From contig OZ316891.1 in the NCBI GenBank assembly GCA_973895155.1, forward strand, positions 186,001-250,000: a stretch of 64,000 bases of DNA, written 5' to 3'. Shown one piece after another: positions 42,589-56,849 of this stretch. The stretch's first letter is position 1; each line of letters starts with the position of its first letter. Below the pieces are notes generated by a model, which saw only the letters and a list, made by a program, of their open reading frames with translations, had not been told where the DNA came from and made no database searches. This DNA comes from Marsupella aquatica (taxonomy: Eukaryota > Plantae > Marchantiophyta). Position numbers and translations under genes: made by a program.

Positions 42589-45454
42589 ATGGCTGAATCT
42601 CCTGATAAGAATGAGGTAGAGGATTGCATGCCTGATGTTGGTGATACAGAATATGATCATGACCAAGATCCGAATGCAAGTGCTAGCATGTCAGAGGATG
42701 ATGACATGCCAAATCCTACCCCTCCACCAAAGCCTGCTTGCAGTAAGGCAACTGGGGGAACTTCTATGAGATCTCGATCGACGCCCTCTGTATACTCAGC
42801 CCAAGCCCCAAGCAACAGCAATTGCAATAACCCCCAATTTAATGCCCCCAACTATAACTGGCCGCAAGCACGACAGGGGGGCAATAACTATGGCGGGTCT
42901 AAGGGTGTAGGCCCTTCTGCCAGCTATATGGGTCCAAGTTGGCCAAGTAAGTGTGAACATTTTAATTTGTTTCATGTGGACAAGTGTATTTTGAGCTCAA
43001 ATTGGCTGATTGTGTTCCTCAATAGATGTGGGTCTGAGTATGACAATTTGCCTGGTCTGATGTGAATGGCAGACCCAATGTGGGACCGTATGCAGCCCAC
43101 AAATATGTATGAAGGAGGGTCAATGGGGCCATCGGGGCAATTCATGGGAGGTCCTCTCCCAATGGCGACAGGATGGCAAGGTTATGGTGGGTATGGTGGG
43201 AACCCAGCACCAGCACTAGCACCTTCAGTCCAACCGACACAGAGTCTGCGGAGGGGAGGAGGTATTTTCTACAGCAGTTCTAAGTAAAGTATTGAAATCA
43301 GGTAGTTCACAGAGACCATATGATATTAATGGTGTTAATTTCTCTTTTCAGATAACCCTATCACACCCCGCTCAGGCCATGGGAGAGCAACTCCTGGATT
43401 TGCAACACCAAGTAGTGCGTCAGGGAGCACTGGGAGAGGTGAGAATGTGAAGCTGGGTACTGTTGAAGTTGATGATGAAGGCCGGATCACAACGATGAGT
43501 GCTGGAAAGAATAGATGGCACAATGACTTGCGAATGGAGTGTCTACGGTGGTTGGACATTAGCTGTACTAACTTTAATTGTCAACATCCATCTGACTGGG
43601 AACTGGTTTGCAAATATATGCGAGACAAGTGGGAATATTTGGGGAATTCTGGGAAAGGGGTCAGTGCTGATTGTCTTGCAGAGTATGGACGAACTATCAT
43701 GAAAACAGAGAGGCATCGATTGCACAAAGCATGGATTGCTGATGGCAGTAAACCACATGCTGAAGCACCCCCAAGTGTTCATGTAGAACAATGGGCTCGA
43801 CTGAGAGGGACATTCCTGTCTAGGGCAAGACAGGAGAAGTCTGCACAAATGATTGCTGCTAGAAATGCAGTGAAGAATCCTACGCTTACAGGGAGGGGAG
43901 GACATGCACCAGTAGTAGCCAAATTGGTTGGGTTCCCATGCCATACATATCTTTATTTACATTTCAATATTTGAGTGGACTGTATGTAGTTGTAGCAGCA
44001 CGCTACGTTTAGGCAAGATTGACATTGAGAAACGTGTCTTGCAATGTTTATGTGCTCCAGAAAAAGCTTACTGGAGAGAAACCCACAAAAGAGGAGGTTG
44101 TGGCAGAAATCAAAAGGGTAAAGTGTGATGAAGGCATCATTGGATCTAAACAGGTAATTTAGGAGCATTATTGATGGACAATCTGTTATACAGTCCTTCT
44201 TCAGATGTACAGTACTGTCAGCCCTTATGCAATTGTAAAATTGCTGAGAAGAGCCGTTTGGTTGGTGTATGTGATATATAGCAGGGAGCAGTGTCTACCC
44301 TTACAGAGATATCAGACCGGTTGAAGACTGTGGAGAACGCTTGGCCATCAGTAGAGACTGAGATGAAGAGTCAATTCAAGGACATAGCTAGTCTTCTTCA
44401 AAGCCAAGGATCAACCTTAAGGGAAGTACAAGCTGAACTACGTGAGTTGCGGGCGATGCACATTGCTGGCAGGGTTGAGCACCCAATTGCACATCCATAT
44501 GAAGAGCCTGCAAATATTGTGGAAGTTGTGCCTACAAAGAAGAGTGGTACGTGTCATCTGAAATCATGTTTAGTGTAGTGTGACTTTACCTAGGAATTTG
44601 AGGTTCATGGATGCAGGATGGTTCAGGTTCAGGTTCTAGACCCTGAAGGTTTGTTACATTGTGTATCAGGTGATCAGATTGCAGTGGTTGCAGCAGATCC
44701 AAAGATCATCGAACCTGGTACAACTGTCATTGAGAGTAAGTAAATGTTGGTTTGAAGACTCTGTCTAGCCTGTTAATGTGGTTGAGTATCTATGCCATGT
44801 ACGTTCAATTAGTGCAAACTTGAAGGTTTGTTGACAGCTTTAGTGCCTATATGCTTAGTTGTAAATGAAGGAATTTGTGGCTGCTATTGAGGTACAGAGC
44901 CAGCACAGGAGGAGGTGCGCATACCAAATCCAGCAGGCAGGAAGAGGAGACGAAACTTAGAGGCTACCAAATTTTCAGATTCACAGGAGAAGCAGAGTGA
45001 TGACAATGATGTGATTTTCATAGACTCTCAGCCTCCCCCAGGTATTGGAGATGAGTTTTCTCAATCCCCACCACTGATGAACATGGGAAAGATGAGGACC
45101 AGAAACAGTGGGAAGGAGACGAGGAAGGAGACTTTGCCTTACAAGGCACCAAAGAAGAAGAGGAATAACACTTCTCCAAAAGGGACAGCAGTGAGCATTG
45201 TAGCACAGTCTTCTAGGCTAATGGCAACTGATAATTCTGGTGTTTGTGTTGGGCAAGGCATACTTCAAATTGAAGCAAGTACTTTCCATGGAAAGAAGGT
45301 ACTTGCTGATCATGTTGTGCTGTTGTTGACTGCTGTCAGTAAGCCCAAATATCTTCTACCCTTTCCAAACAAGGGAGATGATCCGCCACACATCCATCTT
45401 GTGGATGCTGTGGAATCATTTGTGATGTGGCCTGAGAAATTTGTAGAGTGTTAG
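42589..45454 (+). CDS. CACTA TnpA/Ptta-like multi-exon gene (exon structure approximate)
   Basis: QWARL...KSAQMIAARNAVKNPTLTGRGGH (Transposase_24-like) and C-terminal FHGKKV...LPFP...VDAVESFVMWP (Tnp1-like). Confidence 0.7.
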
Positions 45455-46021
45455 GTACCAAATACAATTTGAGACTCAAAATGTGAAGGATTGTTTCAAT
45501 ATATGACCACAATTTGGAGTACATGATGTTGGGTAATACTCTTTTTTTTATGGATTGCTCATATTTTGAGTTATTATCGTGCCATTGTTAGTTGGATTGG
45601 TGCTTTTGTGACATTAATGACTCAGTCTCGACTATGAATAACAGCATTGTCTACGGAAACTAGTGCGGTCAATTGAGTGTTATCAATCACTCACGGAAAA
45701 CCCCATATGACTCGAACTAAGTCATTCTAAACACTTATGTTTGACTGATGTATGGTTCCAAATACTTGACCCTCTAGTCACTAAAATGACTAATGACACT
45801 AGTCAATAATATGACTAAGTTAATCCAAGTCACCACTTTTATGACTACTAGTTGTAAGAACGACGTCAGTGATTTTCAGTCATACATGACCGGTTTTAGT
45901 CATAGTTAGTCGTATTTTATGGTAAAAAATAGGGGGTATTTCTACTAGTGAGCTTCAAATAAGGTTAAAATGTTTTTAAATGGATCACTTTCACTCTGTA
46001 GTTCCTTTTTACCTTTCGACA

Positions 46022-46946
46022 CCCCTTCTACGAGCCATCCTGGGAACAATTCTTGAGGAAGGAAGTCAGAGGAAAGAGTCAGCTACAGTATCCGGTTTAC
46101 CCGTGGCCACCGCCGCCGTGGCCAAGTTGACCATGCATTGCATGGGGGAGAATGTTCACAAGAACATCCTCCATCCAAAACATGCAGCGTACCTGAAGAC
46201 CCAAGGGTTTGAACACCTCATCGCCCTCCCTTGGAACACTTGCAGGTACTACGGGAAAGACATGACGGAGTTCATCCAGAACTTCAACGAGGCCCGCCAA
46301 CAGACCCGTGCGCACGAATGGGTAATGCCGCTCCTCTTAAGCTCATTTTTGGCCTACCCGAGGGTCAAAACCAGGTGGAGTCACGGGCCCCAGGGGGCAA
46401 GGGAGCAAAGTATCAATCCTTGAGCTTCCCGCCCAAGGGTTTGGTGGGCAACGGCTTCCTGATGAGGACATGCCTCATCCCGGAGATTGTAGAGCGGCTG
46501 GAGTTCCAGCGGTATGCCCTCCACATGATGGAGCCGCGGGGAGAGATATCCGCCGCCCAGGTGATCCAAGTCGAGAACTATCGGCCTAGGAAGTGGGCTT
46601 CCTTCTTTGTCAAGAAGTTCCACGAGGAGATGGAGCGACAAAGGAAGACCCTGTACCTTGGGGGGAAGGCGTACCTTGCAAGCCACATCAAGATTATTAT
46701 CAAGTGGTACGCCCGTTTTGATCGACAAACCCTTCGGCGGCTCAACGAGCCCAAGCTCACCCCATCCCGGTGGGTCTTTGTGGCGCTAGAATGATGGCCG
46801 CAGCCCAAAGCCCTGGCTCTAGCACCAGTAGTACCCACCCCGGTTCCACCACCAGCCATTGAGACACCTTCTCCAGTGCCAGATTGGGCGGTAATTGCAA
46901 CCCTGGATGCCCAAAACCAGGCCCGTGCAGTGACCGTTGAGCGAGA
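46022..46946 (+). pseudogene. Continuation of the family-B-related LTR ORF begun at 15319
   Basis: MGENVHKNILHPKHAAYLKTQGFEHLIALPWNTCRYYG and FQRYALHMMEPRGEISAAQV nearly identical to 7946-8842. Confidence 0.85.
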
Positions 46947-49900
46947 GGGGTATAGCAGTGGAGATAGGAAACAGGAAACAGTTTTCCTGTTACCAGGTAA
47001 TTTCTCCTGGTAACAGGAAATTGTTATTGTAAATGTGTACTATTTGGCAAAGTTTTTCAAAAATTCACGTAAGGAACAACCACATACTTAAGCTAAAAAT
47101 ATTCCTACTGGCATAACACACGACGTCAGATATAAGTGAAAGGTGTGCTCACAGTTGCTCGGAGAGGTTCCAATCCCTTGTCACTTCCTTAGATTATAGA
47201 TAAAAAAGGGTTGTCATTCAATTCACTGCTGTTTACATACAACAACAGTTCTAAACAGTCCACTTTGGAATGCTTCATTTAGTTCATATACTTCATTAGT
47301 GTGTTTTTAAAAAGCCAAACCATAAAACCCATGGAGGAATGGAGTATGCTCAGGCGGGACCCACCACAAAGCCAGTTATAGTCTGAATTATGTTATCAAA
47401 AACATAGGGGTCTATCAGGCAGAGTGTGAAACTAGCGCCAGGCACTAACAAAGGATTAAGTACGCAGAATATAGGGACGACAATCAAAGCTTACGGGACC
47501 ATCCAATGACACTAACCAGATAAAACAATTTTTTTATAAATAAGTTATTGACCAGCGCCCGACGCTAACCAAAACCACATAAAAAACTAGAGTATATCCG
47601 TTGACTAAAGACAAAACAACATAGTATCCGTTATGGAATACGACAGTTAAGGAAAAATCAAGTCCCTCTATAAACCATTTGCGTCCTGCCTCTCCAACAC
47701 AAGTCTGACTTCTCCAACTGTCAAAATCGGCTGGCTACATAGGGTAGACTCCTCTACATGAAACTTGAAGACATTTATGAACACCCACTACAAATGTTTA
47801 CAGGGCATATACGGCTTGCCGCGGGAATGATGACGGAATAAATCCTCCCAAGAACAAGTAGGGAAGATGCACATTTGGACAAAGTAAGTGTTTGGGGATC
47901 GAAGGTTCTCGTGAGTCCGTATTCTGAATTGTTTTCCAAAAGCAATTCCACTAGTCACATCCCACTCTCCATCCAGAGTCATAGCTTTTCTTCGAGCCGA
48001 CTCCATTCATTTATTGTGAGACACAGTTAGATTAGAGCCAGGTCTGGAGTTCCTCCCATTCTTGCTACGAAGGCGCACGTTGGGCTCCGCAAAATTGATT
48101 TTCTCTGGAAATGCGTTTACATTGATTCTCAAGTCGAATGCAACAGGTGCAGTTCGAGTTCGAGAGGTCGCAGTTGTTTGGACCATAGAGACTCCCTGCG
48201 CTTGAAGGTACTCTATCTCGCCAAGCGAGAGGTTTGTTCCTTTCACAACTGGCAGGATGTCCGGTACAGGAGAAGGCGTTCAACACCATGACGCAGGCGG
48301 CTCTTGTAGCATGTGCTGTTTGGGCAGAACCATATCATTTTGGAAATGGGCGTTCCTCTGAAAATGCGATGTCCACTGACAACAATGCCGACAACACCAG
48401 CAGCATAATGGAACCCTACTTTCTTGACACGATTCAACACTCATCTCTGTCAGAATTTCCATGCAAGGTCCCATTACACTGTGGCCCTGCCCCATATTTG
48501 GCCGTCTGTCTCAAATGCCAGCTTCCTCTTGGAACGTCCATTTCCAAAGGAGCTGATTCTGTCGGCAAACGTTGAAGCACAGCAGGGGCACTGCGTGGTG
48601 GTTGAGATGATGTTGTTTCCCTCGTGGCTTCAGGGGTGCTCGCAAGGGAATCGCTTTCACTCATTGAAGTGTCACTCCCACAGAGGTCCACTACAGGATC
48701 TTCTACATTGGTGGGAATGGAAGTGAACTCAGTGTTGTTAAGATTCTTTCATTTGAATCCTCGAGTATTTGGGGTAGTGATGAGAATGGTGTCATGCCGA
48801 TGGGAGTCTTGTGGCGAGACAATCCCAGTTGCAAGTCCCTTCCTCTTAACAGATTTGGTGACAATATCTCCATTCAGAGGAGAATTCCTATCCAGATCAA
48901 AATCGGCAGAGTTGGAAAGAATCATGTTAGTGGCTTCTTTGAATAACTTGGGTGAACTTGCTTGGTCTGCCAAACGGAATGCTAATTCCCAGATAGTTGG
49001 CCCCTTCCCTCTATTGAGTCCTTTCCGATATGCACTGTAACCCGCAACTTGAGATATAGCCCAATTTTGATCAACTTCGCATGCTTCGAAGAGACCCACC
49101 ATTTTTTTGGTTGCCCATGCTTTCATTGAAGCGTGCCTTGACTTAGAACCTGTACAGTTTGGAATGAGGGCACCTTCTTCTGCGCTTTTGCTCTGCAATG
49201 AAGTGGACCCAGACCAACTTTAGTCAATTTTTTAAGCAGCAGCAGGCGCTAGCAATGTATATAATATATTTCAATATAATGTTGCTATTCTCAAGTGTTC
49301 CTAAGTCATGAATGTGCAAAGTTCTCTGTACAGTTTAAAGCAGCGCCAGGCGCTAGCAATGTGTATGATAGAATGATATAATGTTGCTATCTGTACAGTT
49401 TAAAGCAGCGCCAGGCGCTAGTATAAACATATTGAGAAGTGAGTATTGAACACATTGATAAAACTTACCACGCAAATGAAATTCCCCCACTGACGCCATC
49501 AAACGACCCACCATGATATCCAACTCTGCAACATCATCAGTTTTCCTGGAACACAATTGCCTGCTTGCCACCACAACACAATCTCCCTAGAAACTTGGTA
49601 CGCCGCAACAAACGATGGAGCATTTCGCAATTTCTCCCACAGTCTTAGATGTTCAGGTTGCCTACCCTCCAGTACTCCCTCCGTGGAATGTTGATGGAAA
49701 GACTGGTAAAAGTGGAATGCATCGGAGCGTTCACGTTCAGGGTCTGGGTGACCCCCAAAAACAACATTGCAAACGGCAATCCATCCAGCCTGAGCATTGT
49801 CGGCCATAAAACCTTGAACGGTTACCTCATGTAACCCATTTTCCTTACAAACCTCTATCATAATTCTCCATGCCTTCTCAAAGGACTCTGTGTCCTCAGC

Positions 49901-50957
49901 TTTTAGTTCGCATGTGAATATTGTACAAAGAGCTCGAAAGTTGTGATCGTAAACGTGTGCGCTAAAAGTAAACCAGTTGGTTGTCACTCGCTTCATGACA
50001 TCAAAACTCACCCAAGCCCCTTCCAGTCTTCCGCCAGGTTGCATCTGCCGTAGAAGATCTACACCAGATCCATGACCCTTGACTGACATTTTGAATATGT
50101 GGGGCCGATCTGCTAAACAACCCTGACCCGGCAGAAGATACCTTTGGAGGAAAGAAATATTATTTGACCTTTGCATTCAAGCTAGGAAATCTAACTCACC
50201 ACGACCAGCTTGGTCCATTCAAATGCTACGACAAAGGGATGCAAATTTATGAGGAGAAGATAGAACCATGAGAGACTTCCAAATTTCCGTTTCTTCAATA
50301 TCTACGATGTCGTCAACGTTCTCGCAAAGAGCTTTCACAAGCAAACCAGCCGCCGAATTCAAAATCCCAGCCGGCTTTGCAAGAGGATTGGCTTTGTGAT
50401 TTCTTTTTATTAAGTCCTCGGCCATCTTTTCAGCGCTCCTCGAGAAAACTTTTCTACTCAGATGGTTATGTTCACCTATATGAACCGCGAGCCGAGACAT
50501 GTGACTACAGGTTTCTGTATCAAGTAGAACCTGTGGATACATATAGAACAAGCGAGCAGGGCAAGAGTCCACACAGAAAGGAATCTGTTCACAGTAGTGA
50601 CATACTATACCACCCTCTTCAATGAACGAACCCACCACATGCTGGCCACTAAGCTTAGGGGTACCAGCCCACGCTTTTGAATTGCATCTCTTCTTTCGCC
50701 AAAAATACTCACAGGACTTGTTCCTGCACTCAATGAACCTAGTACAAGTGACTTTACCAAACTCCCAGTGTTTCTTTGGTTGCACGTTTGTGGTCGTCGC
50801 AAAAATCCTGGTCCAAATGTAACAATCTTTGGCACAGTCCATGTCACAAAGTCTAGATCCTTTGGACTGCATTCCCACAATGGGAGGCAATTCAAATAAA
50901 ACATTTCTGTTGTACTTGTTTGGCAAACAAGGAACTTGATCGTGTCGGAAGTCCCCT

Positions 50958-52643
50958 TGTCGTAAGCCGTAAGAACACAAAAGTAACAAAATATCTTTAT
51001 AAACTCGGAATTCGATCCCTTTAGGAACAGAATTGGAATAGATTGAATGATATAGTAATTTTGAGAGGTTTAGAGTCTCTTACTCTATACAGCTCAAATT
51101 TTCCTCACAGGAAAAATAAGAAAACTAACAAAACACAAACAAAACAGACTTTTGAGTTATGAATAAAGATAAGCTTCAATTGAGTGAGATCATTATCACT
51201 TTGATATTGCCACTCCTTCAAAAAGGACTATGGTCTTATTATATACAAACAAAATTTCTCTTAACTCATCTAAACTCTCCTTAAATCCATAAGAATACTG
51301 ATTGAAAGATTTCTACTCACCAAACCCAAAGGTAGATTTTTGATTACATATACTAAGATATTCAATAAAATGCCGTCAACATGGATTGATTATCAGTGAT
51401 GCGCACTTTCAATCAATCACTATTGAATATACCAGAGTACAGTAATGGTACTAACTACTGTGAAAATGGAATTTTGCTTCTCTCAATCAAGCATTAATTC
51501 TCAAATTGGCTAGCAAATCTCATTTGAGTAAGTCTAGCAGTGAATTTGATATGAATCTCAAAAGGGTGTGATTGTAATTCAGTCACACAAAGTATCTCCT
51601 GAATTCATTCACAAATCATAACATATATTTTACTTCCATACAAGTCTCTCTTGTTAAAATGGAAGGTGGAAAACTATTCAGAATTCTAACATCTGAATAA
51701 CATTTTGTTCCCCCCTTTCGGACTGGTAAAGAAAGGGGTCTTATAGGTGTAGTCTGTCAACTGAAGAGTCATGACCTTTCAAACCTCAATATCTAAAAGG
51801 TAATCTTAAAATGGAAAAAATAAAGTGTGGAAAATGCAGTGGGCGCTTCTCAAAGCGTCGAGGTTTGAGCGGACGCTTTGCAAAGCGTCGGTGTTTTTCG
51901 ATAAAACTAATAAACAGTGATCTTAATCTAATTTTAACTTCTAAACTAAACGTCAGAATGAGTTGAAACTTTTCTAGGGTACTCTACTACATATAGTCTA
52001 TATGCTGGAAAAGTTTCAGACTTTTCTGAGATCTCTAAGTGCCTCAAATAAATCAGTAAAAGTGGCACAGTGTTATAAAAGTGCGAAAAACGAAAATATT
52101 TCTAAGTGTCGGGAACATAGTGGACGCTTCAGAAAGCGTCCAAACCTACAAAGGACTTTTGTGGACGCTTCAGAAAGCGTTGGCTGAATTTTGGGGTTTT
52201 GGTCGCAGCGTCCGTCTTTTGGGCTCCGGGTGCGACGCTTCAGTCAGCGTCAGTGTCGATGTCGCCTTGGAGTGGCGGACGCTTCAGAAAGCGTCGGGTC
52301 TTATGGGGACGCTTTTAGGAGCGTCGCGGCGGTCAGGACTTGATAATGGACGCTTCCAAGTAGCATCAAGTTTTGGACTGTTCCAGTGGACGCTTCAGAA
52401 GGCGTCCAGTACTTGGTGCCGGTCACAGACGTTGGATTGGTGCCGCAGTTGAACGTATACTAACTTCTCAGATGGACGCTTCAGAAAGCGTCCGGAGTTG
52501 GGCTGCTTGAAACAGAGTAGTGAGGGCGGACGCTTTAGAAAGAATGCGGACGCTTCCGAAAGCGTCATCCTTGGCTCCAAAAAGTTTGAAAAAATCCCGA
52601 TTAAGCTCTTATTCATAATATTCAACAAAAATGCCTTCCCACA
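50958..52643 (-). mobile_element. Solo LTR related to family C, 1,686 bp
   Basis: TG...CA ends, 5-bp TSD CCCCT (50953-50957 and 52644-52648); removing it restores the frame FISAG-DFRHD. Confidence 0.93.
51842..52567. repeat. Array of about 12 palindromes GACGCT-N6-AGCGTC in the solo LTR
   Basis: ggacgcttcagaaagcgtc repeated with variants. Confidence 0.9.
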
Positions 52644-54112
52644 CCCCTGCCGAGATAAATCTTGACAGTTCACTATGGCCCGTGGCCTTGAGTAGGGGGT
52701 CCATTGCACTCCGCTGGTAAACCTTCTGGACACCTTCGGAAGTGGCCACCTGTTCACTCTTAAGGCAACTCGAGCCTGAAACTTTGTGCTTCTCAGGAGG
52801 ATTGGGCGCAACTTCCTCATCTTCACTCTCAGATATTTCAACAACCTGGGGCGGAATGTCCTGAACAACCGATTGAAGAGGAGTAGGTCTGACATGAAGC
52901 GTGTAACGAAGTCCTACATTCATGTGCCAGAAATGTATTCCGTCATCCACATCAAATGCCGTAGCTGGTTCAAGTCTTCCACTCGATGACTCCTCAGGAA
53001 CAATCGACTCAATGTCATTGATTCTCAAATCGAATCTCCCGCACAGGTAGGTCTCGCTTACTTGCTTGTAAGTATCAAAAACTTGCACGGGAACCTTGAC
53101 GACGTCCGCGGTACAAGCACGTGTAATAACAATTGAGCGTAACATTGTAGATGAATGAAGTTTAGGCCAAAGGAAATTCATGCACTAACCCAATCCCGAC
53201 CGTATTGGTTGCTTATACCACCCCTTCAAGGACCACCGGCCATTAAAAGAGATGTTCCAATACGACAAAGAACACGCACAACTTTGCGTCTGTTGAAATC
53301 ATAAATGAGACATTTGTCCTTTTTGCCCGGCAAGTGCGGGTGTAAGGAATATTTATTACATGAATATGACTAGATAATAGCCTATACAAGTGCGTCCATT
53401 TCATTAGCGTCGGGCGCTACCTAAAAATCATTGGAAAAAACAATGACTTATTTTGAAAAGTCTTGTGACTAGCGCCTGAAGCTAGCATAATCATACACGA
53501 AATATCGATGTTTTTTCCTTCAAAATATTGCATCACAAGATCAAATAAAGCTCAAAAACAGTAAATCGTTACTAGCGCCAGGTGCTAGTATTGATACAAT
53601 ATACTTAATACCATAATATCAAGTAAAGTTTAGTTACTACGGGTGAAACGAGTACATTTGGAAGTTTGTTGACAATATCTGGTACTAAAATAGAACGTTA
53701 ATCAAATTATTCAAATGGCTAGCGCCGGGCGCTAGCATTTGTTCACCAATAAGTGTTTGAATTTGGTAGTCACTTCTTCGTTAGCGCCCGGCGCTGGCAT
53801 TGCATTCTGTCTGAAAGGTGTTGAGACAACGGTAACATTTAACGGTAACTAATGTTTAGCATGATGATCATGACAACATTTTAGCGTAATTCACATTAAT
53901 ACTTATTGCAATTTCTAAATTGTCGGCTTTCTGTCACGGATAAATAAAATTGAATCTCGTTGTTCGCAATGAGTAACGTCTCTCCAACCGATTACAAAGA
54001 GGGGAATAGCACTCATTGATCGGATATAATACAGCCACAACTGTTAATATGGTACGGAGAACTGGTAATCAATCGTGAGAATTTTGTTTGTACACCTCTC
54101 ATCGTAAAGACG

Positions 54113-56236
54113 ATGGATGCAATCCCCTCCTCGTCGAGGGGGTATAGTGTGGTTGGGGATCAAGATCGTGGATATTGTGAGTCTTCTGAGTCTTCATTCT
54201 CTGGTTTGGTGTATACGCGTCGAGTAACGAGATCCACCGCATCGCTTGTTCCAATCTCCGGTATTTCGTTTGCCAAGCCAGCTAGAAAGAGATGGAGAAT
54301 CTTGACACATTTGCGATTCAAGATGTTTTGTTTTCCGAGACGGATCTTATTTCAAAACATGTCATGTCATTTGGGAAGGATTTAAGAGGGTTTGACAAAG
54401 AGCCTCCACGAATTCCACTATGTCGATTGGTGCATATGGAGGTTGTCCGAACTCTACAGAAAGATAGTTCTTCCATCGACAAGCTCAAAGACTCCTTCCG
54501 TAGCATGGGATACAATTCTTCGATTGGAATGAGGTTTTACGTTCAGCCTACCAATGTTGAGGGAGTGCTTCTCACCTATACTCAAGAAATTCGTGAGAGT
54601 TGGGATCCAATATGGACATCTGAGAATGAGAAATTTGAGGAAGAATGTGCTGCCGACCCAGATTTTCTGGTTTTGAAGGACATAATGTTCTCAGTTTTTG
54701 ACGGGAACCATAGGCTTTATTTGTGGACTCTTGTCACTCAGTAGAGTCCCAAAAACCCAAAGTACCACCCGCATGTACTTTGTACTATTTTCAACGGCGA
54801 CAAGGGTTCGCTGATAGAAATCAAAGCGGCTATGCATACCGTTAATCAGTAAGATACTCTTTTGTGCATAACTTCGTGAGTCATTGTGAATTGTTCATTC
54901 TTTCTAGCATAACTTTCCAAGGCTATGTTTTACAAGCGCCCGGCGCTGCTTATATGTTCTTCTCATTTCATTCTTGCATTTCAGGCTTGGACAAGCCGTT
55001 GTGGAACCCTCTTGGATCCTAGACGCCAATCGAATTAAGCGGATCTTGATGCATGACCTAGAGTACTATAGTAAGCTCATCGACCCTGCGAATTACAAGA
55101 AGTTTGAGCAGATCAGGATGAAGACGCGAAAAGGATCCTGGTACACAAAGAAGATGCCTCAGGAGGCCCTTGTGTACATTCTATGTTAGGATAAGATTAA
55201 GTCGTATTCGAACCAGTTCAAGATTGACATGGAGTCCGCTGCGGCCCTCGGTTCCCCTTGGTCGGTCGAGGGGGTTTCCAGAAGGCATGCCGTTATGATG
55301 AAGGAAGCAACCAAGGAATGGGCAGTGAAGACCTCAAATATCACTCCTTTGTTGAGTCCAGAGTTTGAGGACTTTCTGTCTACGTGCGCAAAAATGTATG
55401 CTGTCACGGAGAGGAATAAGCGGGAGAAGAAGCCAGATACCGTGTTGTGTACCATGGACCGGGCTAGGCTTTTTACAGCTATTTTGGCTCTTGACGCCAA
55501 GCTACAAAGTACTTTGCTTGTAGCACATTGCAATCCGGAGCTCCGAAGACAATTCTTCCATCCGAATAGCGTCAATGATGATCCAGTAAAATAGTGGTGT
55601 CACACTTGGATTACATGGAATAATGTAGAAGGGATTGCGGTGGGGATGTTGCAATGTGCTCTGCGAGAGGTCCAACAAACCATTCCCGTGAATCGTTTAC
55701 AAGATTGGGCATGTGAATCATTCGAATCTCTCATTGACAGTCACAAATGATTTTAGGAAATACGGTGACTCTGTCAAGGGTAAGTTTTTTAATACAATGT
55801 GGCCCTCGAAGTATCCTGACAAAGAGGATTACTCTTTGAAGAACCAGAAGCGAGCAAAACGGTACCTCTACCGTTTTTACATCCACATGGAAGCTACAAA
55901 ACCTGATTACTTCTGGGCGTATCCCGCCGCCTTCCTCAAGTGGACTGTAGTACCGGAGAGTGATTCTTTAGCTGAATTGTATTCTATGTATCCTACCGAG
56001 GGAATTTTCCCAGCAAGACCTTTGAGTGAATGGGAGAGAACCCATTGTCCATGGTACCTAGATACAGATAGATGGGACTCGCCCTTTGATCACAGAGAAA
56101 AGGATGCTTTCCATAAGCTGTCTAAGTCCCAGATCCCAGTCAACGTTGTTTCTGACATGAAGCAGGGGCTTCCGGACGATGTGGATCAATCCACAACACA
56201 ATTGCAAACAATATGCAAGACAACAATTGTTCATGT
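54113..56236 (+). pseudogene. 5' half of ParB/Srx-like cargo gene of element 1 (stops, frameshifts), cut at 56237
   Basis: RIPLCRLVHMEVVR...FSVFDGNHRL...AAMHTVN; intron 54849-54984; the downstream part is closely similar to 61630-62780. Confidence 0.75.
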
Positions 56237-56849
56237 GGGCATCACCACCGAGATAGGAAACAGGAAAATAGATTTCCTGTTAACAGGAAAACAGGAACCT
56301 GTACCATGAATGTTTTGAAGTTTTGAGCCCACATTTTAGCGAAAGGTAACACTTGATCGGGTTCCTTACAACAACTAAATGCAGTCACTTCTCCACCACA
56401 TATACATAAACCATCGAGTGGGTCCCACCATACACTGGCTGCTGATACGAAACACACTCGAAATGTTACTTATCTTAAAAATATCATCGGAATCGGAACT
56501 GTATTCTATAATATCGCTAGGCGCTAACAAAAAAACAAACCAAGATTTCTAGCCCTTTTAAATAAACTTCTTGCAAAAATACTTACTAGTGTAAGAGTTT
56601 AGATGAGAAGAATTCCATTCCCAGAATGTTAAGAAATGGAAATTTTGGTGGCAAACACAAGTACTTTAAAGCATCCATCCGGCCCATGAAATGAAAGAGA
56701 TTCACTCAGAACGGGACAAACTTATGCTAGCGCCAGGCGCTAGCCATATATATTAACCAAATGTGATCGTTGAAAAGAAATGAAACGTTGCACATGCGAC
56801 AAATGAGGTTGGAGCCGTTCAACGTTACTAAATCTCTAGTCTATAAGTT

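Larger units (their letters stand above)
17136..45950 (+). mobile_element. CACTA (En/Spm) DNA transposon, about 13.3 kb without the nested gypsy element
   Basis: Perfect 31-bp TIRs CACTAGTAGAAATACCCCCTATTTTTTACCA (17136-17166 and 45920-45950), 3-bp TSD AGC, Tnp2-like and TnpA-like genes. Confidence 0.95.
47668..53181 (-). pseudogene. MULE-type transposase: GCM/WRKY-like Cys/His domain, DDE core, C-terminal SWIM finger; interrupted by a solo LTR
   Basis: C..C..CHYC..CPAR..HIGEHNH; VSFDVMK, FMADNA, AFHFYQS; CTGSKSRHASMK (third acidic residue E>K); CSWEDLF...PCKHL; intron about 49193-49467. Confidence 0.8.
46947..56236 (-). mobile_element. Mutator-like element 1 (other end beyond the nested insertions)
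   Basis: Terminus GGGGTATAGCAGTGGAGATAGGAAACAGGAAACAG is homologous to the reverse complement of the end at 63826; divergent transposase and ParB-like genes. Confidence 0.8.

Noticed and set aside
51842-52567. Palindromic repeats (here, 3127-3392 and 53405-53796) as CRISPR arrays
   Set aside because: Repeats are short and degenerate, spacing is irregular, there are no cas genes, and the context is eukaryotic TEs
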